Of a stretch of DNA of 64,000 bases, positions 1-14,454 are shown piece after piece (position 1 is the stretch's first letter; every line of letters starts with the position of its first letter). A program made the translations under genes and the position numbers. The stretch spans positions 146,134,001-146,198,000 of the forward strand of contig OZ024741.1 of NCBI GenBank assembly GCA_964016885.1. Direction: 5' to 3'. The notes below the pieces were generated by a model. It was not told where the DNA came from, searched no databases, and saw only the letters and a program-made list of their open reading frames with translations. The DNA comes from Eledone cirrhosa. Lineage: Eukaryota.

Positions 1-2129
1 ATTAAAAGAGATTTCACTTAAAAGGTTGGAAGATTTTAAATCAAATAGAAACTCTTTAAAATCAATAGTTTTGTTTCATAGAAAGAGGTGGTTTGGGACA
101 GGTTGGTGTTAAAGGGTTAAAACAGGAAAAACAGTCAAACTTTATTTACATTTTTTTGGTACACAATAAAGAAAGTAATTATTTAAAATTAAATAATGAC
201 CAGCAAAATAAAAGAAAGAGAAAGGAAAAAAGAGAGAGAAAACAATTAAATAAAGAAAAACACCAATCAACGAACATAATGAAACAAAGTTTGTCTTCCG
301 TTTCTTATCTTTTTTGTGTTATTAGTTTGGGTTTTATTTGTTTCATTTTTTTTTTCTCACTAGAAGAAAATCATGACTAATTTTCTTTTACTTGGTGGTG
401 GTTACTGTGGTGGTGATAGTGGCAGCAGCTACAGTGGTGGGGGTTTTAGTAGTAGTTACTGCAGTAGTGATTGTTGTTGTTAGTGGGGGTGGAAGTGGCT
501 ACTGTAGTTGTGGTTTCAGTAGTAGTGGCTGCAGTGGTGGTAGTGGTGGTCGTGGTGGTGGTGGATAGTACAGATCTAATTATCAGTCGTCCAATTTTTC
601 CAACAATTCTACTGAGAGTAAGGACAATCTTTGTTCAATTTTTAGCAAAAGAGAGAAAAGTTACTTCTCTGAATTTTAATTTTTCCTCTCCATCTCACAA
701 AATTTGTAGATATAGGACATTAGTAACAAATGTTTCTTATATTTGACAGGATGGCTAACTCACAAAGCATGGTAAATTCCATACTAACCCTTTTGCTAGC
801 ATATTTCTCTTCTTATCTCTCTAATATTCTAAAATGCTATGTATAATCTAACTTTAATTAACTCTTTAATTAACTGCATTTCTAATGAATCACACTGCCC
901 ATGATTTTCAAATAATTTTGAAAATCATCATATAACTAATTTTTCCATTATTTAGCTCAATAACAGTTCTTAAATGGAATTACGATTGACAGTTTTTTAA
1001 AAACTACAAATATTTAAAAACGAAAAAAGGAAGGAAAAAGCAAAGGCTCTAGGGCTACAGAAGAATGGGAGGGGGAAGAGTGATGGACTCTGGGCCTAGG
1101 GCAGCCAGACAATCCCCGGTATTTGTTTGTCTCCCTTTCGTCTGCATTGTAAGTCACAGTACTGGGGTTTGTGGCCGAAGCAACTAAGTTGGAAGTGGAG
1201 AACACATCACAACATGCAGCGTCCCGGCCAGTTTCATATTGTTTGGTATTAAAAGGGCTAAACAATAACTTATAGCAATAACAAGTACTACAACCAGCAC
1301 ACACTCTACCACCAACAACCAACACCAATCACCAATTCATCATTATTATTGTTGTTAAATCCCTTGTTAAAAACTTCTCTGTATACACAACAATATCTGG
1401 TGAATTGGTGGTTTTGTATACATCTGTAAGGAATCATAGAATCTTATATTGTTAGAATTAAGAAAATCACCGCCCATCCATAATTTCCTTAGAAAGAAGA
1501 AAACTCATAAATACAAAATGATTGAAGAAAATATCAATTCCATTTCGTTTGGAGGATGAGATGAAGCAATTTCCTGCTTTTATAAGGTGTTTACATCGGT
1601 AGTTTGTGGATGCAGCTTTGAAAAATCCCTTAGGCTAAATCAACAGTAGCACATCAACGTTGTTTTAAAGCCAATTTATATACAATATTTGAAAGCAACG
1701 AACGAAGGAAGCTAACCATGTAATTGGTAATCTTAGAGTTGTAAGTACGTGACAGTAAAAATAACATTCTAGAATGACAGGAGAATAAGGTGATGTCTAT
1801 AGATATAAATGATCGAAAGATTCGAGAGTAAGGTGATATTATGAACACAATAATCATATTGATGTAAATGATTGTAAGATGGGATGGAAGGGGTATGATT
1901 TATGGAGAGGAAACTGAAAGACAAGCTTTATAGAGAGAAGACTTTCCTGTACCAAATATAGAGAGATGACAGTGGAGTACTGGAAATGCATAGAGAGAGG
2001 ATAGTAGAGTACTGTATACAGATAAAGTAGATTATCTATAAACTAAAGTACTGCATTTAGATGAGTGATTAGAATAGAGTACTGTACATAGATAGAATAG
2101 TGTGCTATATATAAAAGAAAGATAGTTAA

Positions 2130-2337
2130 CCCTTTAGCATTTAAACCGGCCGTATCCGGCCAGAATTATCTCACCTCTTTCTGGCCATAACTGGCTGCTC
2201 ATAGTAATGTTAAGGTATTGTTCTCAAAATAAATAATATCAAAATCTCATAGATTCAATATTATGTGAGATAATCATGAGAGATAAAGTCTTTACAACAA
2301 AAATACAATAGTATAGAGTAATGTAAATGCTAAAGGG
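2130..2337. mobile_element. piggyBac-like MITE (about 208 bp)
   Basis: TTAA on both sides; 14-bp TIR ccctttagcattta / taaatgctaaaggg; no coding capacity. Confidence 0.75.
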
Positions 2338-2515
2338 TTAAATGCTGTATATAATAGAGAGAAGAGAGTCGAGTACTGTATATAGATATAGAGAAGAGAA
2401 TAGAGTGTTGTTTATAGAGTAGAGAACTATACATAGAGAGAAGAAGAGTCAATTGCTGTACTTTTGAGAGTAGAGAGTAGAGTGGTGTGTGACAGACCTC
2501 TCACCCAGTTATTCT

Positions 2516-2800
2516 CTACACAACCAATTTACCATTTCCACTTCTTGTTGAGTCCATTAGACTTACAATTAAATTCTGTTCAGCTAAAGCTCTGCACATT
2601 TCTCCATATGTACATTGTACAATGTCACTAGCAGTGTAAGTCTTCTGCATTAGAGGACATCTCAATAGTTGATCCCTAGTTTCTGGGTCTGTGCCACAGT
2701 GGCCCATAGTGCCATGGGAGGAAGTGCATTCCCACTCTTTAAGTGTCATTACCACTCTGCCAACTGATTCAACGGAGACATTTCCCCATTGCCTAGACTA
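2516..2800 (-). mobile_element. Old LINE ORF2 C-terminal remnant (RTEX/I-like zinc knuckle)
   Basis: Translation ...VGRVVMTLKEW...HCGTDPETRDQLLRCP resembles the GR...L.KW...C.CG...ET..HLL.CP C-terminus of LINE ORF2; highly degenerate. Confidence 0.35.
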
Positions 2801-4426
2801 TATCTGTACCAGGGAGCAGCTACTCACTCACTACCACTTCCAACATTGCTGAAGATGGTGACGAGCTGTTGCTCCCTCCTTGAACATAGTCACTCTCACC
2901 TCCATCATTGCTGAAGAAGGGGGTGGGGTTGTTGCCTCCCTCTTTGCACAAAGCCATTCCTACATCTCTCGATAGAATAATATATAAAACCAGAGCAATC
3001 TGTCTTGTCTCATCTTATATGTTTTACAAAAAATTTTGAAAACATTTGGGGATATTTCTTCATTTTAACAATCCCTTTCCATTTACTGATCAATCAGTTA
3101 GTAAAATGATAAAGTTGATGAACTTGTACAATGACAAATCAGAACTCTTCCACAAAATTTGATACTGTCTTACATTCTAACATCATATGCATGCATTCCT
3201 TTCCTTGAAATGTATAAAATAGAACAATGGCTGTGTCACATTAAAAATTGATGTCTTTAATGCTGTAAACATTCACAACGATATGTCAACTAGTAAAGAT
3301 ACAATAACAGTGGAAATAACACACCTGCTTTTAGATATTTATTGCTAAATCCTGCTAAGTGTTAAAGCAGGATGTTAAGAGTTAAAACTTTGGCTTTACT
3401 AGTTACAGCCAGTGCTCTGTGGCTATCGTGAGGGAGGGAATTATAATTTTGTATATCAATGTTTCATGGAGAGCAAAAGGAACTAAAGAAAAAAAATCTA
3501 TGGTTAAGTGACATAGAATCTGTTTGTTGTTTCTATAGCAATTTAGATTAATGTAGGTAAAGTTGTTAACCTTGTGATTTATCCCTTCCTCCTCGTCACC
3601 ATAGGCCAAAAACTAGGCTAGCATTTCAGAGGTGGGACTGTAGCCCTTGATAAGGGCCCATTCTAGGTCCTGTCAACCAGAGCCATCTGAAACTGGAACT
3701 CATGTAGGGCAGAGTCATCACACCCTGTAATAATGATTTAAGTTACTACTTACTACCCATAGATTACATTGTATAAAATTGTGGTTTTACTGGCTACAAC
3801 TACCGTCCTATGGCTATAGTGAGGTATTGTTTTGTATATCAACTATAGATTATAATCTTTAACTCTTTTGATGCAAATTCTCTCCAGACAATCTAAACTC
3901 CTCAATTTTAAAGGGTTCCGATTTGAAATAAAGGTTTTCAGCATAATTTGATATAAGGACCTTTTGTTTAGTCATGTTATAAATATAAGCTTAATAATGA
4001 AATAATTAATCATTTTAATGAAAGGATAAAAATTGTAGTTTTACTAACTAGAGTGGGGAGGGATATCAACCATAGATTACAGTCTATATAATAGTGTTTT
4101 TAATGACTACAACCAGTGGGGGTGATCATGTAGTTTTATATATCAACAGTAGGTTACAGCCTGTAAAATAGTGGTTTTGCTCACTACAGCTAGGCGGGGA
4201 TTATTTAGTTTTGTATATCTGTTATAGAGGTTATGACAGCAGGCTTGATAATATCCCACAAGGTTAATGGAATGGTCTTAGCTAAAAATGTCAATTAATT
4301 ATTTTGTTTGATAAGCAGTTCTGTACCATAGATTCTTCTGTGCAGACAGATAACATTGCTGAACAATGACAGTAACAATTTGGGAAAATAGATTCTATTA
4401 GAGAACTGATATAAATACTCAACACA

Positions 4427-4471
<45 letters not shown>

Positions 4472-5246
4472 CAAACAATATGTTTTTGTTAATGTCTCAA
4501 GCTTCAGAAATCCTAACTTAGAATATGACAATCCATTTTAATGATGATCAAAATTCACATAGAAAAAGATAGAAAATTTTGGAGAACTGGAGTGTAGTTA
4601 AAGAAATATAAATGTCTTCAATACACAGTAATAGCTCACAAATATATTTTGTAAGAAGGTTACCTCTAGCTTGAAAAGAAGTCCAAAACAAACTCCAAAA
4701 GTAATTATATTTAACTGAGACACTTTATGTTAAAAAAGTATTATGAAGATTTATGAGCAAAACCAAGTCATCTGACTTGGGTAGTCTCAAAATGTAGTAA
4801 CCTGTCCCACTCATGCTAGATAGAAAACAAATGTAAAACGATGATGATGATTTAATCCAATCTTCTACTGCATTTTTCTAGCTCACTGATCTTTAAATAT
4901 TAAATACCAGTGGTGGTCTTAGAAATGGAACAGTAATAGAATTGTTATTGTTATTTAGCCTTCGGTCAGCCCCTAATTCATCAAACACATTCACAATTAA
5001 AAGCTATGATCATTATGCATTTATTTTGTCAAGTAGAATGTATATAATATGACTATAATATCCATATTATTTTGTCAAGTAGAATGTATATATATGACTA
5101 TATTGTATAATTCCTTTTTTAAGATGATAGAGTTTATGATTTGGGTTAAATTTAGCTGTTATTACTAATAGCTTAAGTGATCACATATGGGGAGAATAAT
5201 GCAATGATAGAGAAATATTGAGACATCCATTAGTAATTCTATTTGT

Positions 5247-5400
5247 GAAGGTGCATGATTTAGCGGTCAACGTGTTCTACTCATGAGTTCAATGCCCAGT
5301 GATGCATTGTGTCATTGAGCAAGAGCCTTTACTTGATGTTGCACTAGTCCATTCAGCTGATGAAATGAGGTGTACTTGTAATTCAAAGAGCCAGTTTGGA
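5247..5400 (+). mobile_element. tRNA-derived SINE, family 2 (degenerate)
   Basis: A/B-box-like head followed by tgtgtcattgagcaaga...cagctg core; related minus-strand copies at about 10300-10565 and 49640-49780. Confidence 0.55.
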
Positions 5401-7050
5401 GAGAGCACATTTCTTGTACATCCCTTTTTATTCAATCCTGCTAGTCGGTGTACTGGCATTGAGAGTGATCGGATGGAGTATTTGAAGATTTTTAACTCTT
5501 TAGATACTAAGCTGCCTGAAAGCATCCCTCGTTCTGCGATTTAAAATCGTTTATATTAAAGTATTTATGTTAATCTAAAAGCCACCTGTCATAATTTTAT
5601 GTAAGAATCTTTAAGTTATCAAACACCACTTTAGTGATGAGAAAGTATTTTATATTACTAAATAACTCCAAAATTCCCGATTATTTTCAAAATTATTTGA
5701 GAACCATAATCAGTGTCTTTCCTTAGAAATATAGTAAATAAAGATTAAGGACTTTTCCAAGTCTATCACTATGTTTTTGCACTGTCCTGAAGGACCTATT
5801 TTTCTTTCCAGTGACAACAAGCAGGATTTGAACTCAGAACACACATAGCTGAAACATATGTATACCACAAAGCATCTCTTTAATGGATCCAACAATTTTG
5901 CCTTGCATTAGTACTTCATTTATCAGCCCTAAAAGATGAAAGGTAAAGTTGACCATGACAAGATTTGAACTCAGAACCCACAGGGCTGAAACATATATAT
6001 AATAAAACATCTCCTCCAATGATCCACTCTGGATTGGTACTTTATTTATCAACCTCATATGCTGTCTTTGGTAGGATTTAGTTTCAGGGTGCAGAGAGCC
6101 AGAACAAATACAGCAAAGTATGTAATTTGACACCCTAACAATTCAAACAGTTGAAATATATATTTTTAGCAAAGTGATTTTATTTAAATAATAAAAGAAA
6201 GAGAATAATTGAGGATTATTGATTTGCCAAAATGGGTCATGATGGTAAAAGGTTGAAGGGAAGTGATGACCTTTATGAATCAAAAATTATGTGCCTAAGA
6301 AACCAATTAATATTTGGCATTGAAGAATGTCAACCTTTTGCTTTCAACAATCATTCATGCTTCCATAGATTTCACATAGCAATAGATAAGATCCTTGACA
6401 ATTATTTAATTTATATTTACTATCATTATATTCTTTCAATAAATATATATATATATTCATATATATTTGTTATATTTTATTCTGTTTTATTTCTGAAATC
6501 TAAATTTAGCTTTTCTTACATGAAACAGATCAATGAAAATTGACATCAATTGTATAGTGCAGGGATTATTTATTTTTTGTGACAGCACAAACTAGGGATG
6601 AAAATACAAATAGAACAAATTCTTAAATGCAGTTAGAAAGAAAAAGTTGGCCTACTTTGTTTTTACAGTTATATGAAAACGTGGTTTAAATGTCGATTTC
6701 AAACATGTTTATCCTCAAGTTATTCTTTTTCAATCGAATCTGCTTGTATTGTAGAAATGGAGGAAGCTTTGAAATGTTGCTACTCAGTAGCTTTAAAATA
6801 TTACTTTGCAGGAGTTTTAAATTAAAATGAAATATATTTTGGCTCAAAACATCAAACATTTCACTCCATGGTGGGGGAGAAATTAGAGGGACTGTTGCAC
6901 TTCACACATCCCATTACAGCTTTTCAAGGAGAAACTTCAACTATATCAAATCTCACCACTCTCAAAGAGCCTGAATGGTTATGGGCAAAAACTCTTTCCC
7001 CAGAAAAATCATCAAATATGCATTCACACATGCACACACATATATATTAA

Positions 7051-7253
7051 CCATTTAGCATTTACATTAATCTGTATATACTATTGCATTTTTGCAGTAA
7101 AGGTTTTATCACACATAATATTGAATCTGAGATTTTGATATTTATTTTGAAAACAATAACTTAACATCAATATAAGTTGTCAGTTACAGCCTGTTTGAGC
7201 AGAATGAGGTGAGAGAATTCTGGCAAGATATGGCCAGTTTAAATGCTAAAGGG
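7051..7253. mobile_element. piggyBac-like MITE, second copy in opposite orientation to 2130-2337
   Basis: ttaa-ccatttagcattta ... taaatgctaaaggg-ttaa; same TIR and length. Confidence 0.7.
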
Positions 7254-7638
7254 TTAAACTGGTTTTAAAGAAGTGTTTTATATTTAATTTGTCATGTGTG
7301 GTATAGGCCTGGGGAGTGGTGTTAAATGTAGATTTATGGATTGCATTTGCTTGAGGTTGTGGAGACAATTAGATCGATGTAGATCTGTTTAAGTTCAAAT
7401 TAAAGCAATTGATGCTCTAAGTTACATATATTCATTATATTAACATTTTGACTTAATCATGCATTACCAGCATTTTTGTAAGACATAAACATGACTAACT
7501 CTTCAAATAATTTTGGAAAGTATTTAAAAGCACCTAAAGATGTGTTTACATTCAAGGAAATTACTGGTAATGCTTTTATCGTCATTGTTCTTTTCATTCG
7601 TTTATACCAACATCTGTATGTGAGTGTGTGTGTGCATG

Positions 7639-7723
<85 letters not shown>

Positions 7724-7865
7724 TCATTAATGCCAGGTCAAAGTCATGATACTCTGGAGTTTTGCCTGTGTATGAATACATAGGCCAAACTACAGAGTAT
7801 CAGGACCCTGACTACCTCAATAAAGAAAATATTAACTTCTACTACCTCAGCAACCACCACTAAGA

Positions 7866-7903
<38 letters not shown>

Positions 7904-9540
7904 TCATACAGAAAGACAACAAAACTCAAGTACATGTACATGTACACATACAACAATCTTGCATTATAACATCAATATAAATAGCAAAATATGTTAAAAA
8001 AAACTCTGCCAGTGTGCACAGTCATTGAAAAGGTCATAAGATGTGAATGAAGAACTGAGACAAACTAATTATTCAACTGATTAATATATAATTATATAAT
8101 TAATTAATAACATTGAAATGAAGTAAGCAATTTTTGATTTAGCAGTACGAGACTAACAAAAAATGTACAATTTAACACAATTTTGAAAAACAAATACAAA
8201 AACTATATCTTCCAAAACCAATAACTTGCATGCCCTGCAAGTGATTTTTTGTTGATTTCGGATTCAGAGAAACCTAGCGGAGACATTGCACAATATCGAT
8301 GCGATGGTCCAGGTTTGTTAGATTACCCTGAGTCAGTTTTCTCGTTCTTTGGTCCCTGCGACTGGCTTACCGGTCACAATCTTCAATTTGCAAAGCTGTC
8401 TAAATGTAATGTTATTACTCTAAGGTAAAATACCTTATTGAGTGCTTAGCTGCACATTCCGATTGCATTCGTTAGCTTAGCTGCAGCCAGAGCTTTGATT
8501 ATGCTGTACTTCCATTTGTATATATGTATATATATATATTATTGGAAAGTTTGTTCATCAGATAATCCACCTACTTTGGTCGTAAACAGATGTATAGCAT
8601 TCTACAACTTGTATTCCTTAAAGTATTATCAATAAGGTATCAACTGGAGTGTTAATATTATAAAGAAGAGAGAGAGTTTTAAATGTACATTCTCTCTTTA
8701 TTATCCTTCAGCTTCTGAAGATTGATTTAAAAAAATGCTAATCACAGTTGCAACTTCGATTTTACTCACTATTATTATCATTATTTTCTTTATAATTAAT
8801 TAATTCATTGATTAATTCATTGATTAATTATTTATTGTTTGTTTGATAACATAGTTGAGAGCTTACGTCAGAAGCTGTGAATAGATTCCTTTGTTTACAC
8901 TTTTAAATTGCCTGCCAAAACCCGAATGTGAATATTCCTCTTTTCGTGAGAAAGAACATGTGACCCTACTGCCAAAGTTGACAGTGGAGTTAATAAGCCA
9001 CGCTCCTGAAATATGGAATGAAACGCCTGTTGAGAAAGGGATATCCTTGTTCCATCTTAGGATACATTACTGACTTGCAATTTCATAACTTGAAGTGTAG
9101 CTTTCGAATTCCTAGAAACCAATTGAAGATATTTATATAATATCGATCAGGTCCAGGTTTGTCTTTAACCTGTTTGTATTTTCATTGTAGTGGCTTTTGT
9201 GGCAACATCTCTCTGGCTGCAATTTTCACTGTGTCACATTCCTAACGTATCGTTATTACTCTGAGCTATAATTTATTGATTTATCGATATCATCTCATTC
9301 GATCAGCTTCTGAAGATTGATTTCAAAAAATGCTAATCACAGCTGCAACTTCGATTTTATTCACTATTATTATTATACACACACACATATATATGCACAC
9401 ACACACACACACAATATATACATGAGAGAGATAAACAATGGAAAAATTCAAAAACTTACCTATTTATTGATCCACCAATTAACCAAATATGAAATAGAAA
9501 AGAAAAGTTTGTCATTTACTTATTTAAAATTCAACTCTGT

Positions 9541-9628
9541 GAAGAAGAAGAAGAAGAAGAAGAAGAAGAAGAAGAAGAAGAAGAAGAAAAAGAAGAAGAA
9601 GAAGAAGAAGAAGAAGAAGAAGAAGAAG
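9541..9628. repeat. (AAG)n microsatellite
   Basis: Directly visible; explains the poly-K ORF. Confidence 0.98.
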
Positions 9629-9842
9629 GTGATGGCAATTGTGATGATAATTTTCAAGTAATTCTAAAAATAATCAATTTTGAGGGGTTTATTAATATAA
9701 CTTTCTCATTATTTATCTGGTGTTTGAAGTATAATTCAAAGTTCCTTACATAAAATTATGCTGGAAGGTTTTAAAGCAAATATTAACACTTTAAAACAAG
9801 GGGGTTTTAGGTAGCTTGGTAACAAAAGAGTTAACATTGCAT

Positions 9843-10037
9843 CTATTGATAGAAATTTAAGGTTAAAAACTGGATTGGCAGTATCGGTAGAGAGTCGGAC
9901 GCCATGCTTTGACGCATAAAGTTACGGCCCTTGCCATTCTGAGTTCAAATCCCGCCAAGGTTAACTTTGCCTTTCATCCTTACGGTGTCGATAAAATAAA
10001 GTACCAGTAATGCACTGGGTATTTGCTGGCCTTGTGC
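9843..10037 (+). mobile_element. tRNA-derived SINE, family 1 (Meta-domain-like core)
   Basis: A box tggcagtatcggtaga, B box gagttcaaatccc, core actttgcctttcatcc...gtcgataaaataaagtaccag, tail aaacaattat; many copies in the window. Confidence 0.85.
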
Positions 10038-11566
10038 CAAAAGTAAAAACAATTATTTCATTAGGGTCAGGCAGGGGATTGGCTTAATTGTTAGTGTTGG
10101 ACAAAATGTCATACTTATGGTTATTTGAATTAGCAGAGTTGTTGGAGCATAATATAAAATGATTTGGGGCAATTGTTCTAGTTATCTGCACATTGAGGTC
10201 AAATCCTACCTTTCATTATTTGTGGTCAATAAAATGAAATACCTGTCTAGTACTGTGTGTGTGAAACCTCCTTTGATTCTAACAAGTGTTCCAGTTGTTT
10301 GAATGATAGAACTTCCTGAATATGAAGTTAACTTACAAAAGGCTGAATAATGTACAGATATATACACCCATAACCTATTTCTCAGGGAGATTCAGGGTGA
10401 TAAAGAATGTGACAAAACTGGACCTTTACATTATAGGGACAACTCATTTTTGCCAACTGAGTGTACTAGAGTAGTGTGAACTAAAATATGTTGCTCAAGA
10501 ACACAACGTGCAGCCTGTAATTGATCTCACAACATCATGTTCTTTAGTTAAGCACCATAGCCACATTATCTGCCTTGAAATTGCTGGTCTTGTGTAAAAA
10601 TTCAAAATCATTATCTCCCTGAGCTAGTTTGAAAAAAAATTAAGAGAAATATAAATACGTCAACAAATATTAACTAATTGTTTTGTAAGCTTTATGTCAA
10701 AAGGTAATTAAGAAACCAACAATTATTTACTCAAACTAATTAATAAGTGATTTTTTGACCAGTTTTTATTATGAAAAAGTTGTGTAATTATTTGTGGAAT
10801 TGTAATTTTATTTTTAATATTAAATTTGCTTTATTCTTCTTGACTTGTTAATGATCAGAGGTTGCGCTATTTTATTCAGTAGATATTAAGATTCTCTCCA
10901 ATCATGGTTAAAGAAATTATATATGGTATTTATCAACAATGAATAATTAACATATTTTATGAGACAAAAATATTCTTCCCTCTTTATAGATAGTTTAATC
11001 TATTCATCAGCTTTTATGAGAATATTGTCAAACTAATACATTCATTTTGTAGTACACATACACAAACACACACACTCATTTACTCACACTCTCACATACA
11101 TACACACACCAACAAGCATTTACAGGCCATTTTCCCTTCTTAAGCAGGGTTAGCTTTGTGAGGACACACCACAAACCTAACCATTTTCATACCAAACCAG
11201 CTCTGGTTGTATGAAGTAAAACCACTATCTTAAAGAGTTTCTATTTAAATTAAAATCTTCCACTATAATTTTATAAAGAATCATGTTACATTACTATTTT
11301 ACTAATGAAATATTAATTTTAGTAATCACTCAAAATTCTTCATTAATTGAAATAATTAATAGAAATACACTCGCAAAAGGTTTAATTATACATCAGTGGG
11401 GCCTTCCCAAGACCATGTTTTACAGCCAGATTCCTTTCTTGGCACCAATCCTTTTAGTAATCTGTTTTGAGACACAGAGATGCACTGTATCTATTCTAAG
11501 CCAGACACACACAGTCTCTTTAGAAATTTCAAAACTATGACTAATCTACTTTAATAAGCTTTCCTT

Positions 11567-11910
11567 CATCATTATTGTCCTCACCATTTAACGTCCATTT
11601 TGCCCTGCTTGTGTAGGTTATATGTATTGTCACATACTGTAGTTAGACAAATCAGGTGACCATATTTTGCTCATACAATCCATTTCTGGCTTGATTTCTA
11701 TGGTTGGATGCCTTTCCTAACACAAACCACTTTATCGAGTGTACTGGGAACATTGTCTTCAGACACCAGCACAACCACCTTACGGAGTGGGCTGGGTGCT
11801 TCTTGTGACCTTACAGAGAGAACTGGGTGCTTTCCATGGTAGCACCAGCTCTATCCTTTACAGAGTTGGCTGGGTGCATTTTCATTGTGGCATAAGCAGT
11901 GGGGCTGTAT
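11567..11910 (-). mobile_element. Non-autonomous RTE-derived repeat
   Basis: RTE-type 3' end (tttaacgtcc...cctgcttg) plus ggatgcc(c/t)ttcctaac motif and tandem tacagagt..ctgggtgc units, also seen at 15100-15350, 48845-49610 and 55600-55960. Confidence 0.6.
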
Positions 11911-12594
11911 TGTGGTTCAAAATAATGTCAAATAAAATAATGAGTTGTAGTAAATGATTTATGAGGGAATTTTCAAAATGTTAATGATCATTGATTTCAC
12001 ATCTTAACTGTATTAATTCACTAGGAATTTGTAATATTCCAGTTCTTGACAGAATTATTACATCCAATAATCAGGATCTGGAATGTGTACAACTAAAATT
12101 GTATATTACATTAATATTGAAGGTGATTTAAATGAAGTCAATTACTTTCACAATGATGACATGTTGTAGTGCAAGTTCCCATGTAGTTAGTGATCTAGTG
12201 AATAGGACAATGAAATATGTTCTGATATGAAGAATGGTCTTATATATATATTTTTAAGTGGGACAAACCCATCCAACCCATGCTAGCATGGAAGATGGAC
12301 GTTAAACGATGATGTTGAAATAACAAAGCAAACGGTACATGGAAGAAATATATTAGTTTAACGCTTGAAATAGCAAGAAGAGTGTCTTAACGTTTCAGAC
12401 ACTAGTCCTTCTTCACAAGATAGATTTAGCAATAGAAGATAAATAGAAAGTAAAGTGTGATAAGAGGAAGGAATGGGAAAAATGGGGAAAAATAAAGGAA
12501 TAGAAAAAACACACCTGCCTATTCAGTCAGCCATCTTGGAGAGTGGCCGGTCAAGTGGTATCTTCTGCATTATATGTATATTATGTATATATAT

Positions 12595-12666
<72 letters not shown>

Positions 12667-13699
12667 TATTTACAACCATCTGAGAGATTTAAAGGTGTTT
12701 ATATATCTTTCTGAAACCAGACTGCTAATATAAATATTCTCAATTTCCATGCTGTGTTGATTGCTCTATCTTTCATTTGCACATAAATGTGTGTGGGTGG
12801 CAATAAGCGCATGTGTGCAGGAGTGTGTACGTGTATGTGAAGATTTCATTATCACTTTTCAACGCCCATTTCCATACATACACACAGTATGCTGTACCTA
12901 ATTTCATACAAGATATGTAGTTCACTTTTTGTTTATCATATTTATTGGCATCAAACCTATCAAGTGGTTTCAGGGCTGGATTAAGGACTCAAGTAAAATT
13001 TGTATTGCAAATGTACATAGGAGATGCTAAGAGATCCTAATGAAACTGCAGAAGAGAAAGATCAAGGAAGTTCTAAAAACAAGTTGTAATGGCTGACCTC
13101 AAGAATAGTGAAACTCTTCATGAAAGAGATGACCATGAACCATAATGAATGATGAAACTCTGTGCTGGAGGTAACCCATCCAACTCATGTCAGCTTAGAA
13201 AAACAAGCATAAAATGACAATGTTGATTATATATATATATTATGGTTATGAAATGTTTGTAACTCTGTGGCATAAACCGTTGAACTATTGTTTAAAAGTA
13301 ATGAAAAAGGCATTAATCTGTTTTAGGTCTTGAAAAAAGTCACCCCAAAATGAAAATTCAATTTTACCATATAAACCATAAGAGTAAAAAATTAAAATAT
13401 TTCAGATGCTTTATTTTTCAATTTACTAATGACATAATTGAATACTACTTATCTATTTTTAACTCATTTTACAGCATAACATACAAACTTAGAAATAACC
13501 AAAAATTGCGAACTTGCATGTCAAATTAGAAACTTACCTCTACAAGTAAGAATAGCTATATAAAGAAAATGAATGTGGAATATTTAGCAAAATTATAGCA
13601 TAATATACAATTATTGTGTTTTCTTAGACAAAATAAATCTAAGCTGAACTTTCTCTTTCTTTTTATAGACATCATAAAGTTCTTGAAGACACCTGATTT

Positions 13700-14450
13700 C
13701 CCGTTCTGAAAATTGATTTGTTCTGGGAATTTTGAATCTCAATGGTTCTATTCAAAACTTTCTCACAGAATTTAATGTTTTTTGTGGGCCTTTAAGCAGC
13801 TACATACCTTCTGATAATCATCTGCATTGTGGAATTGGTCAGTAAACCTATTTGTAAAAGATGAATCTACAAATTTTGAGTAGCAAGTCTCTTTTCTCTG
13901 GTAGAAGAATAAAAGCCAAAAAAACAAGTATTGCTCTACAATTTCATGTTGCATTCCTCAATTTTTTGAAACTTCACTTTAGGAAATCTTCCAGTTTCTT
14001 CTTTAAAAAAAAGTGGAAAACTTGAGTTAAACGAAATAAACATTTTATATCATCACACCATCCTGCTGTTTCACCATTCTTGAAATGCTTTTGAGCTGTT
14101 CATAGTTATTTATAAGTTCTCAGATAAACAGATATTCGATATTGGGCAATGTGTTCTTTCCTCGAAGTCTGTCAACCATTACTGCTCCCAGTGTTCACAT
14201 TTGTAGTGTCTGCAACAATTATTTTTACTGTTAAGCCTTTGACAACAGTATATGCTTTTCCATTTGGTATACCTAATGCTTCTAACTTAACTTCTCTTCT
14301 TTCATTCTTCAAAATGAGCACTTGGCATTCTTGGCCACCAATTCTTTACAATGCATTGACCAATTTTCTAAATGTAGTGTTTTCTACATTTCTTATTTAA
14401 GTTTAACAGCTTCTTTGATACTAGTTCAGTAAATACCATATTGGGAAGGT
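13700..14450 (-). mobile_element. Decayed DNA transposase remnant (hATm-like)
   Basis: Minus strand reads IIVADTTNVNTGSSNG at about 14175-14222, like the DTT..NTG catalytic-Asp motif; the rest is broken by stops and frameshifts. Confidence 0.4.
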
Positions 14451-14454
14451 GTCT

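Noticed and set aside
1520-1850. Possible ancient CR1/L2-like RT remnant on the minus strand (ITLLSNLS)
   Set aside because: Only one weak motif; too degraded to support.
9870-9960. tRNA gene
   Set aside because: A/B boxes continue into a repeated SINE body, other copies have TSDs, and no complete cloverleaf is evident.
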